Positions 43,027 through 50,262 of a stretch of DNA of 50,262 bases are shown in pieces. Source of the DNA: a virus. Position numbers and translations under genes: made by a program. The notes below the pieces were generated by a model. The model was not told the DNA's origin, made no database searches, and saw only the letters and a program-made list of their open reading frames with translations. Every line of letters begins with the position of its first letter. Within the stretch, counting starts at the first letter, position 1. Location: positions 1 to 50,262 of IMG/VR virus record IMGVR_UViG_3300046697_000178. The stretch is one strand, 5' to 3'.

Positions 43027-43890
43027 CTAGAATCCGTATGAAGCGGTGACGCAGTGAAGCAGGCCGCCTTCTTGTGCCAGGTCGATACACTCGATGCCTT
43101 TGATCGTCACGTCCGGGTACCATTTCCGCAAAGCAAGATCAGTGTCGTGGTCCTTCGCAACTCCGAACTTTGGATAGAGAATCAATCCTTCCGTTTGCAG
43201 AAAATTGCAGTAGTAGCCGACAGCCGGCCCGTAGGCGTCACCGTCAGGATACTTGGCCCGAAACTCGACTTCCGAAATGATGTGCGACTGGTAGCCGAAA
43301 GGGAACGGCTCGACCCACAGGCAGGCCGCCAACAGAGCTTCCCTGAGTCGTCGCCCGTACTCTTGCTGCTCGTACACCCACGTCAAGTTGTAATCGTTGA
43401 CAAGCACCGTATTCTGGTTGACCCACTTGCATAGGCCGTCGCTATGCCCCAGGTCGTCTTCCGGCTCTACCGGCAGCAGGATGATCTCGGCCTCCAGCAA
43501 CTCTTCGAGGTCGTCGATTAGTCCGACCTTCGAGCAATCCGGGTTGTGCTGAAATACGATCTCGGTCATCAGCACGCGATCGCGGTAGCGAACCACGTTG
43601 CCGCCGTCCAGGCGAATGTGGGACTCGCGCACGTCGCCGATGTGCCGCCAGCACTCTTCCGGGACGTGCAACTGCGGCCAGCGTTTCTCGTCATGCTGGT
43701 AGCGGAACTTAACGAAATGGTCGCCAACTTGCAGGGGCATGAAGTCCCGCGCCCAGATGTTCGCCGTGCCGGAAATCAGCTTGACCTCGACGCCAGCCCC
43801 CGACAGTTCGTTGACCATCGTGTCGAAGACAACGGGATGCCGCGCGAGAGCGGCGGTCAGATAGACGCAGTTGGTGTGCGAGTCGGTCAT
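43027..43890 (-). CDS. Agmatine deiminase / PAD_porph-like guanidino-group-modifying enzyme (287 aa).
   Basis: NIWARDFMP (W-x-RD), RLDGGNVV, DLGHSDGLCKWV (GHxD) and AQEGGLLHCVTASY (catalytic Cys context GGxxHC). ATGA overlap at 43887..43890. Confidence 0.7.
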   Translation of the reverse strand: MTDSHTNCVYLTAALARHPVVFDTMVNELSGAGVEVKLISGTANIWARDFMPLQVGDHFVKFRYQHDEKRWPQLHVPEECWRHIGDVRESHIRLDGGNVVRYRDRVLMTEIVFQHNPDCSKVGLIDDLEELLEAEIILLPVEPEDDLGHSDGLCKWVNQNTVLVNDYNLTWVYEQQEYGRRLREALLAACLWVEPFPFGYQSHIISEVEFRAKYPDGDAYGPAVGYYCNFLQTEGLILYPKFGVAKDHDTDLALRKWYPDVTIKGIECIDLAQEGGLLHCVTASYGF

Positions 43891-44879
43891 ATTAGTGGCG
43901 TGGTGTAAGAGGCACGGTTGAGATGGAGACAACAGCACGAGCAAGCGGCGCCCGACTTCTCGAATTCGCTGAGGTTCACGGGGATGGGGTCCATGCCGTA
44001 CTTCGGCAACGTCTTCTCGAAGAAGGCTTTCTTGTCGCACTCGTCGTCGTAGTCGTCGTCGTCCTTGGTCAGTCCGGTCAGGGTGGCCCCGTAGAAAATT
44101 GCCGATCCGACGCGCACGGCATTAGTCGTGGCAGCGTGGGCCAGCCGCTTGCTGATGGGCACGATCTCGACGATCTTCTCGATGGCCTTCTTCTCCTCGG
44201 GCGTCATTAAGGCCGGGCAGGCAATGACGGTTTCCGTGGTGAGCGGGAAGAGGTTGCAGTCAAAGTGGTAGCACCATTCATCCGTCATCTTGACGCGGAT
44301 GATCTGCATGTCGAACTTCTTCTCCATCCAGTCGTAGGTCTTCTCGTCGGTGCGGATGCCGTAGCCGCCGATGTAGAGGTCGTCGCGGATGTGCTTCAAG
44401 TCGGCCTCGCCCTCGAACGTGGTCGCTGGGCGGTCGATCTTGTATTCCATGATCTCAAAGAGGTCGATGCCGATCTTCTCTTCGCCCTTCCGCGGCGGGC
44501 TCTTGAAGTTGGCGGCCACGAAGACGGGCTTGGGCAGGTGACAGAGGACGATGCCGATGTTGGCCACGTAGATCAAGTCCTGAAAGTCTTCGGAGGGTTT
44601 GGACGGCAGCGTTTCGATATAGGCCCCGCAGCCGACCATCGTCTGGTAGAGGTCGTACCATTGCCGGTGGGCGAGTTGAAAGTCGGGCTGCAACTCTTCG
44701 GCCGACATCTTCTGCATCCAAATGTTGTTGGGCGCATCGCAATCCCACGAGAAGGGCCGATTCATCAGGAAGGCCGGCACGTCCGACTGGCTGGGGTTGT
44801 CCAGTTGCACGTTGGGATCCGGCTTCTTGTCCGGGTTGCTTTCTCCTTGCTTCGGCTTGACCAGTGGCTTTGTGCCCAT
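43887..44879 (-). CDS. Amidinotransferase-fold enzyme (330 aa), DDAH/CtlX-like.
   Basis: AFLMNRPFSW..APNNIWMQ (an N-terminal motif of the arginine-deiminase-related/CtlX group), FEGEADL..LYIGGYGIRTD, HFDCNLFPL and a C-terminal SEFEKSGAACSCCCLHL (catalytic Cys region). Confidence 0.65.
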   Translation of the reverse strand: MGTKPLVKPKQGESNPDKKPDPNVQLDNPSQSDVPAFLMNRPFSWDCDAPNNIWMQKMSAEELQPDFQLAHRQWYDLYQTMVGCGAYIETLPSKPSEDFQDLIYVANIGIVLCHLPKPVFVAANFKSPPRKGEEKIGIDLFEIMEYKIDRPATTFEGEADLKHIRDDLYIGGYGIRTDEKTYDWMEKKFDMQIIRVKMTDEWCYHFDCNLFPLTTETVIACPALMTPEEKKAIEKIVEIVPISKRLAHAATTNAVRVGSAIFYGATLTGLTKDDDDYDDECDKKAFFEKTLPKYGMDPIPVNLSEFEKSGAACSCCCLHLNRASYTTPLI

Positions 44880-44888
44880 CGTTATTCC

Positions 44889-47800
44889 TTATTTGAACGG
44901 CTTGAATGAATCATGGCCAGACGAAGAATCCGAGGAGCCTTTTGGCTTCGGCTCGTTCGGCACGGGTGTTATGCCGATGAGGGAGGCGGCTTTTTCGCCG
45001 ATGGTCCTTGCTCTGGTGGTTTTGTTCCTGCCTTTCCCTTCCGTCAACTCTTGCATGTTGCGGATTGAGAACGGCAAAAACTGCTCGGCGATATAGGTTC
45101 CCAACTGCTTGACCTGCTCGACCTGGGGATCGTTTTCGTTGCGGATCGGGTGGTAGTAGAAATCTCGGTTGTTGGCCATTTGAGAAACTGCTGCCAACAG
45201 CGGGTGGGTCTTGCTTATCGCGGTGCGAGGAATGTCTTGAGACAACCAACCGACCGGATCGCCTTTGAGAAGGTGCTTGAACCAAGAGCCAAGATCGCGC
45301 ATGTACGTCGCCAACTCAACCTTCTTCTCATTCCCGTCTGCATCCAGTTGGCCGGTGGGAATGTGGAAGAAGTCAGGCAAGGATCGCGGGCCGTGGCCGG
45401 TGTACATGAAATTCATCGCCGCCCCCATGATGCCCGTGACAAAGGGCAGAGCGAGTGTATAACTCGCGGCATGGGTCAACTTCGGATTCCGACCGTTAAG
45501 CAAATCGACAGGCACTTTTCCGAGGTCGCGGATTCCGCCGCCAAGTTCCCGGAAGGTTCCCAGGTTCCAACCCATCGAACGGGTCAGGATCGTGCCCATA
45601 TCCTTGAGCGACTTGTTCCAAAATAGGTTGTCGTAGATGAGCTGTCCCATGCGGTTGTCCACGCTGTCAACGACCTTGCCCATCACGTCCCGCATTTGTG
45701 CCCGATCGGCGCCAGCCGGCAGCTTCGACAATTCGTAGCGGGCCATGTCAGCCATCACGCCCAACTTCATGCGGGGAATGTAGACTTCCATCATCGGACG
45801 AGAGGCTTGTTCGATCAGGGCGAGCGGTCCCTGGATCGCAGCGGACGGTCGCCCTTCCCGCAACGCCTTGCGGAACCCGTCCCAAAAGGTTGTTGCCTCC
45901 TTGCCGATCCGGTACATTTGGCTCTGCCGCGTGCGGAAGCCGCCGGCCTGAAGACCGTCAACGATGGCAGCAAAGTCCCCGCCGACAGAACCGGGATGCA
46001 AGGCTTCCTCCAGAACTTTGCTGCCACCGAGGAGCGTGCTGACCGGCGCCGTCCAAGCCTTCAGTCCCATCTTCACCGATTCGAGCGGGTGCCCTTCGAC
46101 GAGCATCTTCGCCGCCAGCGCAGACCTGGAAACGATGGCGTTGATCGTTGTGCCCGTGACGTGGAAGCCTGACAGGCCAAGCTGCGCCATGTTCATGGCG
46201 TTGCCCGCGAATCGAATGGCATCGTAGACCGGGTTTCCGACTAGGCCGGGCGACAGGTAATTGTTCAGCACGCGGGCGGCGTCGGGATGGGCGTAGTAGT
46301 CGCCGCGTTTAAGCAGTTCTGGCGGCCCTTTCGATCCATCGGGGTTTGTTGTTGGCCGCCGCTGAAAGACTTCGCCGATCTTGTCGTTGATCTTTACCCA
46401 ACCAGCCGGCTTGTCCTTCGGACCGTGCACCAGCTTGATGTAACCGCTGTCCTTGCCTTCCTGAAGAACCTGTTGCCCCATGACGTAGCGATTCATTTCG
46501 TGGAGCTTTAGCAGCGTCAGATCGACCGGGTTGCTGGTGATCGGTTCCAGCCCAAGGGCGAGACCTTCTTTTGTGGTGGGGATCGTTCGCTTCTTCAAGA
46601 ACGACTTTGACCCTTCCAGCGGTCGCTTGCCGAAAATCTCCTCCGCCTTGGCCTTGTCCTTCCAGATGTGCGGGAAGTAATCCTTGATGAACTTGTCGAG
46701 GTTTCCTTTGCCGAGGGCCTGGACGCGACCACGGGCCTCGTCCAGCAGCGTCCGCATCGCTAGGGCAGCAGCGTCATGCTTGGTATTCCACCATGCCGGC
46801 TTAGCGGCCTTTGGGACTTCGATCGCGTGGATGAAGTCGTACTGCTGCTGTTGTGGCAGCTTGGCGGCGACTTGGCCGAATTGGTCCAGCAGGGCCTTGG
46901 CTTGCTCGTGCTGTAAGGCCAGCTTTGCGGCCCGTTCGCGGACGTTGCCGGCCATAGCCTTTGACTCGCCGCCGGCCTGCGTGGGGTTAAAGGCTTCGGC
47001 TAGCCCCTTGCCGACCTTGCCGACCGCCTCCGCGGCAATTTCGAGGTCTTTGGCAGCGCCGGGCGGCAAGAGCATGGCGTGAAAAACATTGGGCTCTGGT
47101 TCGCTGCCCTCGGTATTGAAGAGGTCTTGCTGTCCGGGCGCTCCCTCCTTGGAAAGCATGGTCTTTTGGACTTCCTTGCCGTGATCGGCCCCCTTCCATG
47201 CTTCCGGCTTGCCTTGGGGAGTCGGTTGCAGAGCGAAGTCGTCCTGTCCTTCCGGCTTGGCTTCGGCGTGCCCCTTATCCCGCAATGTGTTGATGTGGGA
47301 GATCGTATCCTCGGGATCATCAAACGGTGTGCCCAGCAGTTCAGATAAACGCTGCGCCAGTTCATCGGGCTGGCCGGATCGCACCGAGGCAATCGACTGG
47401 TCGAGCATTTTGTCGCGTGTCTCGGGGTCGGCCATCAGTGGCTTGGCAACCGGGTCTCTGTTGTCCTCCATCTCCTGGTAGCCCTGCCCTTGCTTCTCAA
47501 TACTCTTGTCTCTGAAGATGGGCCTCTGATAGCTGACCGCTTGCTTGGCCAGCTTCTCTTTCATGTTCTCGACACCCGGCCCCACATCGCGGCCGGCATC
47601 GTCAATGATCTTCTGAAGCGGCCCGACCTTGGCCTTGTCGGGCTTAGCCTTGGCGTTCTCGGCGTCCAGGGCACCTTGTGCCCATTGCTGCATGGCCTTC
47701 TTTGCCGCCACGGGGAGTTCGTGGAGCGGGGCGTACTTCACAGCCTCTGGTATAATCTTTCCGTTGGCCACGTCCTGGGCGGCCTGGGCGCGATCCTCTT

Positions 47801-49766
47801 CCTTGTTCGCCTTAGTCAGAGCGGCGCGGTCAGCGGGAGTCTCGGGCTTCTGCGAGGGGACAAGGGGTTTCTTTTCGAGTGCGGCACGCTCGGGGCTTCC
47901 AAAAGACGTTGACTGTGCGATTTTCTCGTCGGCATCCTTGTCGCTGTAGCCGATTGACTTCAGATAATCGCGGTAGGAATTGATGTCTTTCCAGTTGGCC
48001 GCCTCGCCCTTGACCGCATCGCCCTTAGACTTCAGCGGCCTTCTGCCCGCTTTCTTTTTGTTGTCGTCTTGCTCATCCCCTACTCCCGCGTTCGCATCAG
48101 GCCGATCCTGACCATTTCCGACTGCCGCTTCTTCGCCGGGCGCTTGGACACCTTCTTTGGCAACTTGGGCAGTTTCTCCTTGAGGAGGACTGGCTTCTTG
48201 ATCTTGGACATTGGGGTCTCCTGGTCTTAAAGGTGATTCAGACGCAGCGGAAGGCCCGCTATCGGCCTTATTTTGCGTCGGAGCGTCGGATGTGGCTCCT
48301 GGAGCCTGTTTGGATTCGGACGCATCATTGGCGGCCACAGTGGCCTTGTGGGCGTCCCTGACGGAATTGCGGTATTCTTGGTTCTGTCCCTGCTTGCTTT
48401 TGCCATACCCCGCATCTTCCCAATGCTGCCTACTCACGTCGTCGGTATCGGGGAGTTTGGCGGGGTCGCCATTACCAGCCTTGCCAGTTCCATGCTGATC
48501 TATGACACCTGGGGCCGCCAGGAACGGCATTGACTCCAAACCCTGCTTTGTTCCCTCCCACCCGGCTCTGAGTATCTTTCCTGCTTCGGGAACTCCCTGC
48601 CCGGAAGCCCATTGGCCGGTCTCTTGGATTGCTTCCTTGATCGCAGATGCACCGCCCATCATTCCGCTGCCGGAGGCAACTGAACTCCCATATTTGGCAC
48701 CGCTCTTAATGAGCGCATTGTTGAAAACTTTGGCAACAGCTTCCTTGCCTCCCAACTTTTCGATCGCCGCCGCACTCAAGCCTTTGCCAAGGGCCTCGCT
48801 ACCCACTCCGACAAAGAGCAACGATTGCGCCGTTGCACTGGTTAGAGCCACCCAGGAAGCCGCCCGTGGCGTCATGTTCGCATCGAGAGCCAAATCGTAG
48901 GCGTCATCGTACATACCAGGAAAAAAGGAAGCGGCTCCTCCAAGAACACTTGCTGCCTTGACCGCCTTAGTACCGCCTCCCAGAAGGGCAACACCAGAAC
49001 CAGCGACCTCAGAAGCCTTGCCAGCACCGTAGAGACTTGGAGCCATTCCTGCCGCCCCAACGATCCCACGTTCGTACCACGGCGCGTCTGGTTTGTTGTA
49101 AGGACTCGCAGACGACCATACTTTGTAAAGCCGATCGGCAAATCTCTCTTTGTCTGGGGCTTCCGAACTGCCCGTCCATCGGCGAGCAGTATCAAACATG
49201 TTTAGAGCACCGCCTACAATGGCGCCTCCCGCCCTGGGCAATAATGGAGCCTTTTCCTCTCTTGATGCGATGTCATGTACCGCTTCAAGAACAAGTTCTC
49301 GATCCTCGGCGGGAACCTTCACGGCCGCGCTGATTGCCGAAGCATGGTTTGCAGCACCTTCGCTAACCATCTTGTCCGCCGCGTTGTAGGCGTTGACCTG
49401 TCTTTTGTAGAACTCCGAATGCTGTGGCGTCCATTTCTGGTCGGGGTGCGAAAAGTTCCAATCCTTTTCGGCGCCGGCAACGTCGTTCTCGCCTTCGTAC
49501 TTTGCGTTGGGAACAAAGGCGCGATCATATCCTCGCGCGCGGTTTTTTATCCAAAAAACCGATTCGTCAACGCCACCCTGTTCATCTTTCGGTAATCCGC
49601 TCATCTTCGCTTGCACGGGCGGCAGTTCGCCCTGAGTCGGCACGGAGCGGTTGGGCTCGAAGCTCGTCGAGGGCTGGTGGGAGGGCGGCGCATCGGGAAA
49701 CGCATCCCACTCATCTTTCGGCGGGGAATCAGGAAACGCATCCCAGGGGTCAGCGGTGTCCGGCAT
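44889..49766 (-). CDS. Giant virion-associated protein (about 1,625 aa); internal, ejection or pilot-type protein candidate.
   Basis: The largest ORF. It has N-terminal Gly/Ala-rich hydrophobic stretches, a central charged disordered region and a large C-terminal globular part. Its ATG at 49766 overlaps the upstream TGA (TGATG). Confidence 0.7.
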   Translation of the reverse strand: MPDTADPWDAFPDSPPKDEWDAFPDAPPSHQPSTSFEPNRSVPTQGELPPVQAKMSGLPKDEQGGVDESVFWIKNRARGYDRAFVPNAKYEGENDVAGAEKDWNFSHPDQKWTPQHSEFYKRQVNAYNAADKMVSEGAANHASAISAAVKVPAEDRELVLEAVHDIASREEKAPLLPRAGGAIVGGALNMFDTARRWTGSSEAPDKERFADRLYKVWSSASPYNKPDAPWYERGIVGAAGMAPSLYGAGKASEVAGSGVALLGGGTKAVKAASVLGGAASFFPGMYDDAYDLALDANMTPRAASWVALTSATAQSLLFVGVGSEALGKGLSAAAIEKLGGKEAVAKVFNNALIKSGAKYGSSVASGSGMMGGASAIKEAIQETGQWASGQGVPEAGKILRAGWEGTKQGLESMPFLAAPGVIDQHGTGKAGNGDPAKLPDTDDVSRQHWEDAGYGKSKQGQNQEYRNSVRDAHKATVAANDASESKQAPGATSDAPTQNKADSGPSAASESPLRPGDPNVQDQEASPPQGETAQVAKEGVQAPGEEAAVGNGQDRPDANAGVGDEQDDNKKKAGRRPLKSKGDAVKGEAANWKDINSYRDYLKSIGYSDKDADEKIAQSTSFGSPERAALEKKPLVPSQKPETPADRAALTKANKEEDRAQAAQDVANGKIIPEAVKYAPLHELPVAAKKAMQQWAQGALDAENAKAKPDKAKVGPLQKIIDDAGRDVGPGVENMKEKLAKQAVSYQRPIFRDKSIEKQGQGYQEMEDNRDPVAKPLMADPETRDKMLDQSIASVRSGQPDELAQRLSELLGTPFDDPEDTISHINTLRDKGHAEAKPEGQDDFALQPTPQGKPEAWKGADHGKEVQKTMLSKEGAPGQQDLFNTEGSEPEPNVFHAMLLPPGAAKDLEIAAEAVGKVGKGLAEAFNPTQAGGESKAMAGNVRERAAKLALQHEQAKALLDQFGQVAAKLPQQQQYDFIHAIEVPKAAKPAWWNTKHDAAALAMRTLLDEARGRVQALGKGNLDKFIKDYFPHIWKDKAKAEEIFGKRPLEGSKSFLKKRTIPTTKEGLALGLEPITSNPVDLTLLKLHEMNRYVMGQQVLQEGKDSGYIKLVHGPKDKPAGWVKINDKIGEVFQRRPTTNPDGSKGPPELLKRGDYYAHPDAARVLNNYLSPGLVGNPVYDAIRFAGNAMNMAQLGLSGFHVTGTTINAIVSRSALAAKMLVEGHPLESVKMGLKAWTAPVSTLLGGSKVLEEALHPGSVGGDFAAIVDGLQAGGFRTRQSQMYRIGKEATTFWDGFRKALREGRPSAAIQGPLALIEQASRPMMEVYIPRMKLGVMADMARYELSKLPAGADRAQMRDVMGKVVDSVDNRMGQLIYDNLFWNKSLKDMGTILTRSMGWNLGTFRELGGGIRDLGKVPVDLLNGRNPKLTHAASYTLALPFVTGIMGAAMNFMYTGHGPRSLPDFFHIPTGQLDADGNEKKVELATYMRDLGSWFKHLLKGDPVGWLSQDIPRTAISKTHPLLAAVSQMANNRDFYYHPIRNENDPQVEQVKQLGTYIAEQFLPFSIRNMQELTEGKGRNKTTRARTIGEKAASLIGITPVPNEPKPKGSSDSSSGHDSFKPFK

Positions 49767-50234
49767 CAGGGAGCCCACTTCTTTCTGCCAGTCGGCGTCA
49801 CAAACCATGTGCCGTGGAGTTGCCCTGCCTCTTCAATCGTCTTCGGATGCGGGAGCGAAGAATCGTTCTGGCCGCCCGGCTGCTGTTGGCCAGATGGCAT
49901 CGCCGCTTGACCTTGCGGGGGTGCCCAGTCGCCGAATCGGTCCATCGCGTCTTGTCTTGCGTCCTTCAGGCCTTCCGTCCAGGCGATCGCGTCACGCTCG
50001 TAATGCCCAGGGATCATGTAGTCGGCCTCGATGGGCTTCTGGTGTTTTGTCAGATACCCCTGCACGATGTTTTGCCGATTGGCATTCTGCTTGCGGTTGA
50101 ACTCCATCTGGCCGTGCTGATCTTGCGCGCTGATTTTCGAGCGTTCCACGTCCATTCGTTGTGCTTGAATCTTCAGTATGTTCTCTTGTGCCGTAGTGAA
50201 GTTCTTTTGCTTGTCCGCTTCCTTTGTCTCTGCC
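49766..50234 (-). CDS. C-terminal 156 codons of the junction-spanning gene that starts at 1217.
   Basis: Track ORF 49766..50155 is only its internal-Met tail. The frame is continuous through 50234 into position 1 via the 28-nt overlap (..FEAKQKQAETKEADKQKNF..MDVERSK..). Confidence 0.75.
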
Positions 50235-50262
50235 TGCTTCTGCTTGGCCTCGAACTGAGACT
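50235..50262. repeat. Terminal direct repeat, copy 2.
   Basis: Identical to 1..28. Confidence 0.9.

Noticed and set aside
1-50262. Assigning a host phylum or a defined phage family.
   Set aside because: The only clues are GC content and gene order. Without database searches, any taxonomic claim would be guesswork.

Overview
The window appears to be a complete genome of a GC-rich tailed dsDNA phage. The first 28 nt are identical to the last 28 nt, so the unit closes into a 50,234-bp circle or terminally redundant molecule. A minus-strand gene reads in frame across that join. There are two transcription blocks. (1) A roughly 35-kb minus-strand late block starts near 27351, runs down to position 1, wraps to 50234 and ends at 42297. 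In order it holds small ORFs, a candidate small terminase, a large terminase interrupted by two inteins, an atypical tRNA plus terminator, portal, scaffold, major capsid, capsid-associated proteins, a lysis-like cassette, tail and fiber proteins, low-complexity virion proteins, a 1,625-aa giant protein, and three small-molecule enzymes. (2) A roughly 14-kb plus-strand early block (28305..42302) holds many small ORFs, a short serine recombinase, a CsrA homolog, an Erf/YqaJ/RusA recombination set and a Cys-rich hexapeptide-repeat protein. I recognised no DNA polymerase, primase, helicase, tape measure, sheath or tail tube, which suggests a podovirus-like and possibly temperate phage. The items I rate most interesting are these. 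(a) Both terminase inteins carry a complete endonuclease-like gene overprinted in the +1 frame, while the intein frame stays open. (b) A translationally coupled trio sits at the end of the virion operon: an amidinotransferase/CtlX-like enzyme, an agmatine-deiminase-like enzyme and a PSD-like pyruvoyl decarboxylase. (c) A phage CsrA has a dual-GGA leader and lies next to a 1-kb ORF-free region containing a tRNA-like element between two terminators. (d) A 0.95-kb GC-rich noncoding divergent region is present. All homology calls rest on motifs I recognised by eye; no database search or folding program was run. Many long track ORFs in GC-rich regions are alternate-frame or antisense shadows and were not called.
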